Source: Flavobacteriaceae bacterium (GTDB taxonomy: Bacteria > Bacteroidota > Bacteroidia > Flavobacteriales > Flavobacteriaceae). From it: a stretch of 64,000 nt of DNA. The stretch covers positions 18,611-82,610 of the forward strand of contig JABAZL010000167.1 of assembly GCA_018608425.1 (NCBI GenBank), written 5' to 3'. Below the pieces are notes generated by a model that did no database searches, was not told where the DNA came from, and saw only the letters and a list, made by a program, of their open reading frames with translations. This document shows, piece after piece, positions 49,686 to 61,100 of the stretch (positions are counted from its first letter, which is position 1; each line of letters begins with the position of its first letter). The position numbers were made by a program, and so were the translations under genes.

Positions 49686-51038
49686 TTAATTAAGAGCGAG
49701 TTCTTTATCTCCCCCAGTGAATGTCTGAATTCTCTGTACAATGTGCTCTCCAACTTCCTGTCCTTGGGCTACGCCCTCTTCTATTGCCATCATATAATGT
49801 ATACCACCGTAGAGTCTCGAAACTGCTGCTTCTTCAGAAGCTTCAATAAAAGAACCATAGGAACGAACGGGTAAACCGTATTCTATTTCCGTAGTATCAT
49901 CAAAAGCGAAATTATCGCCAAATAAGTCTGTTAATGTGATCGCTGCAGCTCTTGAAATAACTGAATGACCGCTTGTGTATTCTGGAAAAGGTGGGGTTTG
50001 TAAAATAGGTAACCACTCCTCATCGTAATGTTTATTAATCAATGTTTCTGGGCGTACAACCAATGTGTTCCACTTTTCATCCCAACAACTAATAAAAGCG
50101 TCAAATAGTGCAATCGTTACGTTGGCATAAGCATTCGTAGTTGCTTGAAAATCGCTCTTTGCCTTTCGCGTTGCAATGGATGTAATTCCAATCCAATGTC
50201 CTCCAGGGGTTATTTTTTTGGTAGCAAACATAGCATGTCCACGATGATGGGTTACATAGGGATTGCAATCCCAAAACTTAGCAATTTCTAATTGCTCATC
50301 GGTAATGTTTTTTCCAATTTCATATACTTCCTTCAGCTGAATCTGAAACGGACTCCCTTCAGTTAAATCAAAAGCCAAAGGTGGCTTCGGTGGAAATTGA
50401 TTGGAAGAATCTAAGGCCATAGTGCGAATTTGATTCCAATGGGGTTCAATACCGTCCATATAGTCTGGGGGTGTTGGCTTCCAATAATGCTCTTCTTCTT
50501 GGATGGTGTATTTTGGAAAGGTTCGTGTTTGATTGTATAAATCGCCCTTGGCCCAAGCTAAAATATGAGCTGCAACCTCAGCTCCAAATTTTTTGGAGGC
50601 CTTGAGAACTGACCGAGGAACACCTTTATCTTTTAGTTGCTGATCTAAATTTTCTTGAAAAGCATTCATCCTATCTTCAGAAAAAATAAAAGCTTTTCCG
50701 ACTTGATTAAATGCATGAAGGGAGGCTATGTTATAATTTACATTTTCGTTTGTTGACTTAGTCAATGGTTCTAATCCCTTAACTTGACCGCTTAGAGAAG
50801 CATAGGATTCTTCATTTGCCAACTGCATTGTTTGGTAAGCTGCTATCGCAGGATATAAGTACACTCGGCTTGCAACTGGTGGAGAAAAAATATCATAAAC
50901 GATGATGTCAGTAAGGTTTTTGACATTTGCCTGAACCAATTCAGGATCTTTTATTTTTTCCTTATACGACTGATCTTGAGCACACGAAGCCAAAGTAAGA
51001 CTCAATAACATTAATTTAAAAAAATAACTTCTATTCAT
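49686..51038 (-). CDS. Vanadium-dependent haloperoxidase (PAP2 superfamily) lipoprotein, iodoperoxidase-like
   Basis: Lipobox LASC; CWDEKW-x5-RP, PPFPEYTSGHS, SRLYGGIH; FWDCNPY. Confidence 0.88.
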   Translation of the reverse strand: MNRSYFFKLMLLSLTLASCAQDQSYKEKIKDPELVQANVKNLTDIIVYDIFSPPVASRVYLYPAIAAYQTMQLANEESYASLSGQVKGLEPLTKSTNENVNYNIASLHAFNQVGKAFIFSEDRMNAFQENLDQQLKDKGVPRSVLKASKKFGAEVAAHILAWAKGDLYNQTRTFPKYTIQEEEHYWKPTPPDYMDGIEPHWNQIRTMALDSSNQFPPKPPLAFDLTEGSPFQIQLKEVYEIGKNITDEQLEIAKFWDCNPYVTHHRGHAMFATKKITPGGHWIGITSIATRKAKSDFQATTNAYANVTIALFDAFISCWDEKWNTLVVRPETLINKHYDEEWLPILQTPPFPEYTSGHSVISRAAAITLTDLFGDNFAFDDTTEIEYGLPVRSYGSFIEASEEAAVSRLYGGIHYMMAIEEGVAQGQEVGEHIVQRIQTFTGGDKELALN

Positions 51039-51046
51039 TATTTTGT

Positions 51047-54000
51047 TTATTTGGATGTAACTAAAAACACAAAACTATTTTGTGTGGCAATTACGAATTG
51101 ATTGTTTTTTAGAAATTCAACTGCACGTGATGATACAGATTTGGGCAAGTTAAAACTTTTATGCGATTCAAAATATAATGTTTCCGAATTAAAGTCCGAT
51201 AACATTCCTCCAGGGTTAGCTCCTAAGGGGCCCAATTCGATTACAAAGTCAAAATAATTTCCAACATAAGAAACCGTTTTCTTTTCTGGATCAACTAAGA
51301 TATCTTCAATAGAAGACTGTTGTGCGACTTTGGGTAACGGAATTCCTTTAAACCCGTCCGGAGTATTCAAATACACCATGGATCGCAATTCATTAATGTA
51401 TTTGGTTTGCAAATATTCTTTGGGGTTTTTGCCCGTTAGTTGTTCTACCGTATTCACTTCTGCAAAAGCAGTGTATTTTTGAAATCTTTTTTTAATGAAC
51501 GGTAGTTGTTCGCTCAGCTTATTTAGAGATGCAAAAGGAACATAGGTGTCAAAAAAGTTGTAAAAAATAATAGGATCCAATTGCTCATTTTCATCGAAGT
51601 CATCCAAGTACAACCAAACAGGCTTAGAAACTGTGGGTTTCCATTTGAAGTTTTCTCCTACATTTCCAGCAATGATATCCAAACGTCCGTCGCCGTCAAA
51701 GTCAGCAAAATCAACTGCATTCCACAAACCAAAACTTGATCCTAGTCCCTGATCTTTACTGATGTTTTTAAACTGATTGTTACCTATGTTTTTAAGGATG
51801 GTAATGGGCATCCAATCACCAACAATTATCAAATCCAATAATCCATCAGCATCTATATCCTGCCAAGCACTGTCGGTAATCATCCCAAGCGGAAAGGTTA
51901 ATACTTGTTGAAGTCCTTTTCCTTGATTATTTCGAATGATATAACTGTCGGGATCTAGGCCGTAAGCTCCAGGAATTGATCGACTCCCAACGAACAAATC
52001 TTCGTAACCATCTTGATCAAAATCTGCAACAGAAACGGTTCCGCCATTCGTTCGCGGTAAATCCACAACTCTTCTTGTGAAACCGCCATTTCCATCATTC
52101 AAATAGATACGATCCATTAGATTCTTATCTCCTTGTTCAAAGTCATTTCCACCACTTACTACGTATAAATCGCGATCACCGTCGGAGTCAATATCAATCG
52201 ATGCAGCATCTACATCTTCAAAATTACGATCCGATCTAAAGGCAAAAACATCGACTCTCTCATAAGCTCCTTTTTTCTTCGCAATCCAAAGCTCTCCTGC
52301 TTGGTATCGAGAACCGCCAATAAAAATATCATTTTGTCCATCTCCATTGAAATCTTCTACCACAAGGGCAGGCCCCTCTGAAGATAATTTTTCAGGTATA
52401 AGGCGTTCTCTTTCGTAATCTAAATACACACTTTCTTCGTACTCAAAAGGTAAAACGGCTAATTCAAAGTCAGTAATTTTTTCAGTATTAATACTCGATG
52501 TTTTTGTCTGCGCTTCAGAATAAGTAATTGTCAATATTTCCTTTGTGTCTGGAGCAAGTATGGTTTGCTTTTTCTGATTGGGCCAGACCACTTCAAGAGA
52601 ATCGACAGTAGAATCTGAAGGAACACCAAAATGAACTCTTTGTGTTGAAGCCGATTGGAATCCTTTTGTTGTTTGCAATTCTTGGAGGAACTGCTTCCCT
52701 TCACTGTAGGCAATAATTCGACTGCCTTTTGTCGTATAGTTAGATGTATTATTAAGCTGTATTACAAGACCCCCTTTATCTAATGTGTTTTTATAAACAG
52801 AAGCTTCTTGATTGATGTTATTGATTACTAAATCCAAATCGCCATCGTTATCTAAATCGGCATAGGCTGCTCCTGTTGAAAAAGTAGGCGCGCCCAAAGA
52901 AGCTTTATCAACCGACTCAAAAGAAAGATCTCCCAGATTCTTAAACAATACATTGGGAATTTTCAAAGTGGGCATTTCATCAATGATTTCTTTTCGAATC
53001 TTATCTCTTTCGTTTAAAGCATAGGATGAAAATTTAACCCCACCGATATAATTGATGTAATCCAAGTCATTTGGACGTTTAACAATTCCATTAGAGACAA
53101 AGATATCCGTTTTCCAGTCGTTGTCAAAATCAGCCAGAAGCACCGACCAACTCCAATCTGTAGCATAGGTATTGGTCATTAATGCTATTTCGGAAAAAGT
53201 TACATTCTTATTTTGCAGTTGAAAATTATTTCTCGCAAGCTGTGGCTCAAACCCAAAATCTTTTTTAATTCGATCAACCTTATCGGTGTCTTCGCCACCA
53301 GATTTAAGAAGAATATCCGCCTTGTTGGGCATCATGTCCGTTGTGAAAATATCTTGTAAACCGTCGTTGTTAAGGTCTGCAACGTCGACTCCCATGGTAA
53401 AACGACTGGTGTTGGCAATGTGTTCTTTGATTGATTCTGAAAAGGTTTTATCACCATTGTTGATGTAAATAAAATCATTCTCATGGAAGTCGTTTCCTAC
53501 ATAGATATCAGACCATCCATCGTTATTAATATCTGCAACACGAACTGCCAATCCGTATCCCAATGGACTTGAATAGACACCACTTGTTTGAGTTACATCT
53601 ACAAAGCGGCCTTCTTCTTCATTAATTTTATTTTCATAAAAACGATCTCCAGACAAAGGTGCCTCATCTCTTCTTTTTTCAGTCGTTCCATACGACCGAA
53701 CCGAATGAACAGAATGGTTGAGTAAAAACATATCTTGATCTCCATCCCGATCATAATCTATAAAAGCGGCTTGTGTGGATAGGCCCGAAAAAGCAAGCCC
53801 TAAAGCTTCTGTGCTTTCAGTAAACGTTTGGTCTTGGTTATTAATATAAAGTAAGTTGTGAGCCAACAAACTATTATGGCGCCCAACTTTTGAAACAAAG
53901 ATGTCTAAAAAGCCATCATTATTTACATCCTCCATTGTTACTCCCGAAGACCAACTGTTGTCTGTATAAATTCCAGCTACTGCTGTAATATCTTTGAACT

Positions 54001-54295
54001 TAAAGTCGCCTTGATTTAAATACAACTTATCGGAGCCTTGGTTTGAAGTAAAATAGATGTCTTCTAAACCATCGTTATTAATGTCTCCAACCGCTACACC
54101 TCCGCCATTGTAATAATATAAGTATTCTAAAATATTGATGTCCGATTGATAGACCAACTGATTTGAGAAAGATATCCCCGTTTCTTCAGAGGTCATCGCA
54201 ACTAAGGGAATACTGTGTGTGCTTAGAACTTCTTCTTCGGAACAATTCAAAAACATTAAAACAGCAAGGCAAACGATTAGCTTTTTGATTTTCAT
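51047..54295 (-). CDS. FG-GAP/VCBS repeat + ASPIC/UnbV (CRTAC1-like) lipoprotein C
   Basis: Lipobox FLNC, YNGGGVAVGDINNDGL, many DxDxDGDxD loops, GFQS...HFG...VVWP ASPIC/UnbV segment. Confidence 0.9.
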   Translation of the reverse strand: MKIKKLIVCLAVLMFLNCSEEEVLSTHSIPLVAMTSEETGISFSNQLVYQSDINILEYLYYYNGGGVAVGDINNDGLEDIYFTSNQGSDKLYLNQGDFKFKDITAVAGIYTDNSWSSGVTMEDVNNDGFLDIFVSKVGRHNSLLAHNLLYINNQDQTFTESTEALGLAFSGLSTQAAFIDYDRDGDQDMFLLNHSVHSVRSYGTTEKRRDEAPLSGDRFYENKINEEEGRFVDVTQTSGVYSSPLGYGLAVRVADINNDGWSDIYVGNDFHENDFIYINNGDKTFSESIKEHIANTSRFTMGVDVADLNNDGLQDIFTTDMMPNKADILLKSGGEDTDKVDRIKKDFGFEPQLARNNFQLQNKNVTFSEIALMTNTYATDWSWSVLLADFDNDWKTDIFVSNGIVKRPNDLDYINYIGGVKFSSYALNERDKIRKEIIDEMPTLKIPNVLFKNLGDLSFESVDKASLGAPTFSTGAAYADLDNDGDLDLVINNINQEASVYKNTLDKGGLVIQLNNTSNYTTKGSRIIAYSEGKQFLQELQTTKGFQSASTQRVHFGVPSDSTVDSLEVVWPNQKKQTILAPDTKEILTITYSEAQTKTSSINTEKITDFELAVLPFEYEESVYLDYERERLIPEKLSSEGPALVVEDFNGDGQNDIFIGGSRYQAGELWIAKKKGAYERVDVFAFRSDRNFEDVDAASIDIDSDGDRDLYVVSGGNDFEQGDKNLMDRIYLNDGNGGFTRRVVDLPRTNGGTVSVADFDQDGYEDLFVGSRSIPGAYGLDPDSYIIRNNQGKGLQQVLTFPLGMITDSAWQDIDADGLLDLIIVGDWMPITILKNIGNNQFKNISKDQGLGSSFGLWNAVDFADFDGDGRLDIIAGNVGENFKWKPTVSKPVWLYLDDFDENEQLDPIIFYNFFDTYVPFASLNKLSEQLPFIKKRFQKYTAFAEVNTVEQLTGKNPKEYLQTKYINELRSMVYLNTPDGFKGIPLPKVAQQSSIEDILVDPEKKTVSYVGNYFDFVIELGPLGANPGGMLSDFNSETLYFESHKSFNLPKSVSSRAVEFLKNNQFVIATQNSFVFLVTSK

Positions 54296-57200
54296 TTATT
54301 CGGAATACTTAAAAGATTTAATTGAATCGTTGTTTCTCAGTACATAAAGGGTGTTGTCAAAAACTTTAAAATCACGGATTTCACCTAGAACTGAAAAGCC
54401 TCTCCCATCCTTTACAGACACAAAATTTGAGGCGCCATCTTGCTCTAAAAACACGCCGTGAGAGGCGTCATAAATCCCAACCTCGGGTTTGGTTCTATAT
54501 AGATTTCCTCCCAACACAATATCGACATCGCCATCGGCGTCAAAATCTCCATGTTCAATTGCATAAACTGGACTTAATTGTGCCTCCATAGGAAGTTCAA
54601 TAAGTGAGAAATTAAATCCACCCTGATTTTCTAAAACTACAGATGCTAAATAATTTACTTCTTGAACAAAAGCAGTTTTAAGTTTTTCTGCATCCAATAT
54701 GGTTTCAATTGAAGCATTCTTAAACGATTCATAATCGGGAAATTTCTTCTTTAAGCTTTTCATCTGATCGATCAAATCATGTCGCAAAGCATATGGAAAT
54801 TCAATTTGATCTGAATCTATAAAAGTCAATACGCCTTCAACTGAACCGTTGGAATCAAAATCATTTAGATATAATTTTATTGGGTTTGATTCACTTGCTT
54901 TGAAGCGACTGTTCTTTCCATGATTCCCGAGAACCAAGTCTAAGTCTCCATCCTGATCAAAGTCAACTGCCTGCATTCGATTCCACCATCCTTTTTTATT
55001 TGCCAAAGGATGATTGTCTAGCGCACTGAATATTCCCCCTTTATTCTCAAAGAAACGGACGCCCATAAATTCACCAACGACAACCAAGTCAGGATCCTGA
55101 TCTTCATCCAAATCAATAAAAACTGCATCTGTTATTAGACCTAGGTTTTGAAATGTCTTGGTGTTTTCATCACTACTATTCGAGAAATTCCCTTGCCCAT
55201 CATTCAGTAAAATAAAGCCTGATCCAGGAATGCCATACGTACCAACTTTAAGGCGCTCTCCTACAAATAAATCTTGATCGCCATCATTATCTATATCTGC
55301 ATTTGTGACAGCACCTGTACTTATTCTATTTCCATCGAAAGGAAATTTCTGAGGAGAGATGGAGAAATTGCCATAGCCATCATTCAGCAATAATTTGTCG
55401 TACAACATATCCGAAAAAACAGAGACTTCTAGACCGCCTGAAACTAAATAAACATCAAGATCCTGATCGTTATCAGCATCAAAAATAAGTGTTTCTGTAT
55501 GTTCTGCATTTTTTAAACGATCGATGGATTGAATTTTATATTGATTTTTGGTGTCTGAGGTGCTTATAAAAATCTGCGATACGGTACCCTTTGCACCAGG
55601 AAGAACCCAGTCCTCAATTCCATCGTTGTTGAAGTCGGCAATTGCAGCAACTGGACCTTCATTACTACACATATGATAGGTTAATCGCTCTCTGTTAAAA
55701 TCAACAAAATTATTTTCCTTGTGTACAAAAGGAAGTGGGCTAGCCAATTCAGGAGAAAACACCTCAACTGCAATATCATTCGCTAAAGGTGTATCTGTTT
55801 TCTTTTCATTTTCATTAAAAGTAACAATCGTATTTGGTTTAATGTTGGATTGAATAGTAGTTCCACCCGTAGGCCATTCGATTTGAATATCAACTGAAGT
55901 CGCTTTTCCAATTCCCATATTGATCCTTGGATCCATACTGGATTGAAATCCTCGGATCGGTTGTTGTTCTACATAAAAGGTTTCTGATGCTGTTTTTAGG
56001 GTGACTTTTGCGCCAAATGCGTTTGTGTTTTTACCAGACCCCTTCAGGATTATTTTAATGAAATTATTATCCTCTGGAATACTCTTGTTTTCATAAACAA
56101 AGGCAGGCATGTTGACATTGTTTATCACTAAATCCAGATCGCCGTCATTATCCAAATCACCGTAGGCGGCTCCGTTAGAAAAACTGTTTTCCTGTAAGCC
56201 CGATTCAATATAAGTTTCAAAAGAAAAGGTTCCTTTGTTCTTAAAAGCTTGATTGGGTACTTTTTCACTTGGAATGATATCGATTAGGCGTTTGTAATCT
56301 ACTTTGTTTTCTGTTACGATCGATTTAATCACTTCCTCATTTGACACATACTGAAGGTAGTCTTGATTGGTTAGATCTTGAAAAATTCCATTGGCAATGA
56401 AAAGGTCTCGCAATCCATCATTGTCCATATCAAAAAACAAAGCGCCCCAACTCCAATCGGAGGCTTCAACTCCTGCAAATCGACCAACTTCACTAAAGGT
56501 TCCGTTTGTGTTGTTTCGGTGCAGCATGTTTCTGGTAAACTGATGCCCGTAACCGTTCTTGACATTATACTGATACTTGTTCCAATCTTCGAAAGTAGTT
56601 ACTGTTTTTAAACGATTGTAATCGTTTGGAAGCATTTCGGTGACGAACAAATCATTATAGCCATCGTTATCGATGTCGGCCAAATCAGCTCCCATAGAAG
56701 CGCCACTAATGGATTTCATTTGTTCCGTAAGTACCTCTTTAAATGTGCCATCCTTCTGGTTTATGTATAAATAATCACGCTCAAAGAAATCGTTGGAAAC
56801 AAACAGATCGTCCCAACCATCGCGATCAATATCCCCTGCAGTTATTCCTAATCCAAACCCTATAACACTTCCGTAGATTCCAGCTTGTTCGCTTATATCT
56901 ACAAAAATTCCATCTTGGTTTTCCATGAGTTTATCCCCGCCCAATGCATCACGTTTTGGACGTTCGTTTCTACGCAAATCAAAACTCCCAATCGCTTCGT
57001 AAGAATTGTTAAGAAGATATACGTCTAGATCTCCATCTTTATCGAAATCGAAAAAAGTTGCGTGGGTAGAAAAGCCTTGATCTGCTAGATTATACATCTG
57101 GGCTTGCTCCTTAAAACTACCATCACCTTGGTTAATGAATAATTCATTTTGCTTATTATCGCCAACCACATCCCCAGAATTACAAACATAAATATCAATG

Positions 57201-57568
57201 AATCCGTCTGCGTTGATATCGACCATAGAAACTCCAGTTGACCATGCCTTAGAGCCTCCTACTCCAGCATTAACTGTAATGTCTTTAAAAGAAAAACCCC
57301 CTTCATTCAAGAAAAGTTTATTTTCTTTTTGATTGGATGTAAAATAAACATCCATCAACCCATCGTTGTTGATATCACCAATTGCGACACCTCCACCGTT
57401 ATAAAAATTACGATATTTATAGACATTGAACTCGTCTGAATAGGCCAAATCATTAGAGAACTCTATCCCAATTTGATTATTATCCTTGAGCTCAAAAAGT
57501 GGAACATCGGAAACTGGACTACAAGAATAGAGGACTATAAAGGCAATAAAAAGGGGCAGTATTTTCAT
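54296..57568 (-). CDS. FG-GAP/VCBS repeat + ASPIC/UnbV lipoprotein B
   Basis: Lipobox LYSC, FYNGGGVAIGDINNDGL, SDWSW, YGDLDNDGDLDL, AFGAKV...RGFQSS...IEWP. Confidence 0.9.
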   Translation of the reverse strand: MKILPLFIAFIVLYSCSPVSDVPLFELKDNNQIGIEFSNDLAYSDEFNVYKYRNFYNGGGVAIGDINNDGLMDVYFTSNQKENKLFLNEGGFSFKDITVNAGVGGSKAWSTGVSMVDINADGFIDIYVCNSGDVVGDNKQNELFINQGDGSFKEQAQMYNLADQGFSTHATFFDFDKDGDLDVYLLNNSYEAIGSFDLRRNERPKRDALGGDKLMENQDGIFVDISEQAGIYGSVIGFGLGITAGDIDRDGWDDLFVSNDFFERDYLYINQKDGTFKEVLTEQMKSISGASMGADLADIDNDGYNDLFVTEMLPNDYNRLKTVTTFEDWNKYQYNVKNGYGHQFTRNMLHRNNTNGTFSEVGRFAGVEASDWSWGALFFDMDNDGLRDLFIANGIFQDLTNQDYLQYVSNEEVIKSIVTENKVDYKRLIDIIPSEKVPNQAFKNKGTFSFETYIESGLQENSFSNGAAYGDLDNDGDLDLVINNVNMPAFVYENKSIPEDNNFIKIILKGSGKNTNAFGAKVTLKTASETFYVEQQPIRGFQSSMDPRINMGIGKATSVDIQIEWPTGGTTIQSNIKPNTIVTFNENEKKTDTPLANDIAVEVFSPELASPLPFVHKENNFVDFNRERLTYHMCSNEGPVAAIADFNNDGIEDWVLPGAKGTVSQIFISTSDTKNQYKIQSIDRLKNAEHTETLIFDADNDQDLDVYLVSGGLEVSVFSDMLYDKLLLNDGYGNFSISPQKFPFDGNRISTGAVTNADIDNDGDQDLFVGERLKVGTYGIPGSGFILLNDGQGNFSNSSDENTKTFQNLGLITDAVFIDLDEDQDPDLVVVGEFMGVRFFENKGGIFSALDNHPLANKKGWWNRMQAVDFDQDGDLDLVLGNHGKNSRFKASESNPIKLYLNDFDSNGSVEGVLTFIDSDQIEFPYALRHDLIDQMKSLKKKFPDYESFKNASIETILDAEKLKTAFVQEVNYLASVVLENQGGFNFSLIELPMEAQLSPVYAIEHGDFDADGDVDIVLGGNLYRTKPEVGIYDASHGVFLEQDGASNFVSVKDGRGFSVLGEIRDFKVFDNTLYVLRNNDSIKSFKYSE

Positions 57569-57572
57569 TTAA

Positions 57573-58139
57573 TTAGGGTTTTATTTGTTCGATTCGGACG
57601 CCAATTTGTCGATCATCAATCTTAAAGAGTTTAAACTTTAAATTTGCTTCTATCTTATACGATGCAAAAACGTCATCTATTCCAAGGTCAACATCCTTAA
57701 AGTCGTTTCCTGGGAACCATTTCAGTAGGGTATCTTCAACGGCTTCTTTTAAGATTTCTGCCTTATAATCTTTAGCCCAAGGCGACCATCCGGTATAAGA
57801 AAACTCCATTTTCATTCCAGTCATTTTGTCGTATTTATCGAAAATTCCAAAGAAAAGCATATCGATACGCTTTCCCTTTTCTTCCTTAGGCTCCATATAG
57901 TGTCTGGCATACTCATTACCGGGGCCTTGGGTTATAACTCCACTTTTGTTGAGCTCCCAACACCGATCATAAAAATCTTTTTTAGAGTTTCCTAACTTCA
58001 ATCCAAAAGGCATTGAATCTATTTTAATACCTCGTGCCAACTCTTTCTTTATAGTTTTTTCGTAGCTGTTCGAATTACAACCAATCATCAAGAAAAGCAG
58101 CAGTATTATAAATGAAAAGGATTTAATCAATTTTTTCAT
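57573..58139 (-). CDS. Uncharacterised lipoprotein (start ATG 58139)
   Basis: MKKLIKSFSFIILLLFLMIGC lipobox; FYDRCWELNK, GWSPW; overlaps the upstream stop. Confidence 0.8.
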   Translation of the reverse strand: MKKLIKSFSFIILLLFLMIGCNSNSYEKTIKKELARGIKIDSMPFGLKLGNSKKDFYDRCWELNKSGVITQGPGNEYARHYMEPKEEKGKRIDMLFFGIFDKYDKMTGMKMEFSYTGWSPWAKDYKAEILKEAVEDTLLKWFPGNDFKDVDLGIDDVFASYKIEANLKFKLFKIDDRQIGVRIEQIKP

Positions 58140-61100
58140 AAAATTCAATTTCTTCATTATTTTTTGCAAATATATACAGTTGTTTATTTATGTTTTTCAG
58201 GGACTTAATCGCACGAATTTGACCTTTTACGTTTAGGAATATTTTCTTTTTAAACTCCAGCATACCTTTGTTTAAACTCCCTAAAACAAGTAATCCACTC
58301 GAGGCATCATGTCTCCCAAATTGAGGTTTTACGTTGTATTGATTCCCGCCAAAAAGCACATCCGCAGCACCGTCTTCATTTACATCTGAAACCTGAATGG
58401 CATAAACAGAAGAGTATTGTGCCTCCAGAGGAATTGCTATAGCTTCAAAGCCCTCATCCTTTCGCAAGAAAACAGTAGTTTTCCGAGAATCTATTTCCAT
58501 TTGAAGCGCACTGTTGATCCTTGCTTCTCCTAAAATTTCAGAAATACTTCGTTTACCGTAATCTTCGTAATAAACCATATTCTTTTTTAGAGCAGGAATT
58601 TGAGCAATTAACTCGTCTTTATCTAAAACTGGCACATAGGCTTCTCCTCTTTTAAAACAAATGATTTGCTCTACAGATCCGTTAGAATCAAAATCAGAAA
58701 CAAACATTTTCATTCCTTCTTCAAAAAAATTATTTTCTCCAATATTCCCAGCAATCAAATCTTTTTTGCCATCACCATCGACATCTGCAATTTCAAGAAC
58801 GTTCCAAAGGCCTCTTGTTTTCTCTAGTCCCTTGGGTTTGACTTCTGAAAATATTCCTTTAAAATTCAGAAATACACGTATAGACATCCACTCGCCTACC
58901 ACAACCAAATCGGGCCACTCGTCTCCGTTGTAATCCATCCATTGAGCATCTGTAATAATGCCTAGATTCTTAAATGCTGGCTGCGGAACTTCTATAAAAG
59001 TTCCCTTCCCATTAGACTGAAACAAAAAACCATCTCCTAGCGTTCCGTAAATCATTTCTTTAAACTGCTCACCAATAAAAATATCATCGTAACCGTCCAA
59101 ATTAAAATCTTGAGTTGCAACTGCACCCGTGCTTATTGAACGTGTGGATGGTATTACTCCCTTTCTGTGGTAGAATTGTCCGTCAATATTCTCATAAAAT
59201 GCGTCGTCTAGAAGAGGAGAGAATTTAGAAAATGCCCTACCTCCGTGTGCTAAAATCAAGTCTAAATCGCCATCATTATCAGGATCAAAAAATGCTGCAT
59301 CTACTACCTCAGAACGCTTTGTTTTTTCAAAAGGAACAGAAACAACATCATAGCCTCCATCAGAATTTGAGAGTTGCAATACAGCGGTTTGATTTTTAGC
59401 TCCTCCAATAAACACATCATCTATTCCATCATTATTAATGTCGGCAACTGCAAGAGCAGGTCCTAAATTACTATTCATTTGCGGGATTAACCGTTCTCGA
59501 TTGAAGTCGACATAATTGTTCTCATTATGTTTATAAGCAAAGGCTTTTGTTTGGACAAAAACTAGTTTTTCTTTTGCACTCGATACTGGCTGATACACAC
59601 CTCTATTTTCACTGGGAGATAAGGTTTGTAATTTATTTGACGCTAGATCAAAAAAGGTTTCAACAGTTCCATCAGGCCAAATTACTTGTAAACTGTCTAT
59701 ACGTTTTTGATTTCCAATTCCAAGATGTACTCGGTGTGGAACTGATGACTGAAAGCCTTTGGAAGGAAAATGTTCTGCTACCAAAGGAGAACGTGATTGT
59801 GTATATGCAATAATTTTTGTCCCAATTAGAGAAGTGTTTTGGGTAGTAGACTTAAACTGCACTTGCAAGCTTCTGTGAGCTAAAGTATCTAGTGTGTTTT
59901 CGTAAACAAAAGCAGGAATATTGACATTATTAATAATCAAATCCAAATCGCCATCATTATCTAAATCAGCATAAGCACTTCCATTACTGAAAGTGGGTTC
60001 ATCAAATCCCCAAGCCGATTCCATATCGGTAAAACGAAAATCACCTTCGTTTTTGAATGCCTTATTGGCAACAGCTTGAGAAGGCATTATATCAATAAGA
60101 TTTTTAATCACTTGATCATCGTTCTTTATCATCATACGAACTGACTCTTCATTTGCCATATGATTGAGGTAATCCCGATCAAGAAGATCTTTGTATATCC
60201 CATTAGAAATAAAAACATCTTTCAATCCATCGTTGTCCATATCGAAGATTAGCGAAGCCCAACTCCATTCCGTAGCTGCGAGATCAGACATTCTACTGAT
60301 TTCAAAAAAACCAGCTTCTGTATTGCGTTGCAGTACATTTCTAGGAAATTGATGGTAGTACCCATTATTAATTTGAAGTTGATATTTATCCCAAGAATCG
60401 TAAATAGCTTTGGTTTTTTTTCGCTTCAGACTTACAGGCAACATCTCTGTTACAATCAAATCACTTCTTAAGTCATTGTCTAAGTCAGCAGCATCTGCAC
60501 CCATAGAGCCTTTGGAAAGTGCAGTAAAATGTTCTTCAACTTGTTCTGTAAAACCGCCTTTTTGGTTATTTAAATAATAGTAATCGCGTTCAAAGAAATC
60601 ATTCGAAATAAAAAGATCAGGCCAAGTATCGTTATTAAAATCACTCAGGGTTATTCCTAATCCAAAACCTATAGCGCTAGAATAAATATTCGCCTCGGCA
60701 GAGTTGTCTTTAAAAACCCCATTATCATTAATCAAGAATTTATTTCCGTTGTTATTCGCATCAGGTATTGTACGCTGATCTTTTATTAGATCATAACCTC
60801 CAACCGAACGAATCGAATTGTTGAGCAAATAGCAGTCTAAGTCACCATCACGATCTGCATCAAAAAATGCAGCTTGCACCGATAACCCGATTATGTCTAA
60901 ACCGTAAGCCTTTGAAGATTCAGTAAACGTTAAATCGCCATTGTTTATAAAGAGTTCGTTATTCCGTTGAGCACCGCCTGGTTTTCCAGATTTACAAACA
61001 TATAGATCCAAAAAACCATCGTGATTAAGGTCAACAAAAGTCGATCCTGAGGACCAAACCTCTTCACAACCCACACCAGCTGATACTGTAATGTCTTTGA

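Noticed and set aside
52828-59975. Near-identical ~35-bp segments in the three VCBS genes (about 52830, 56130 and 59940)
   Set aside because: They encode the conserved Y[AG]DLDNDGDLDL motif; there is no array structure, so not CRISPR, DGR or a mobile repeat.
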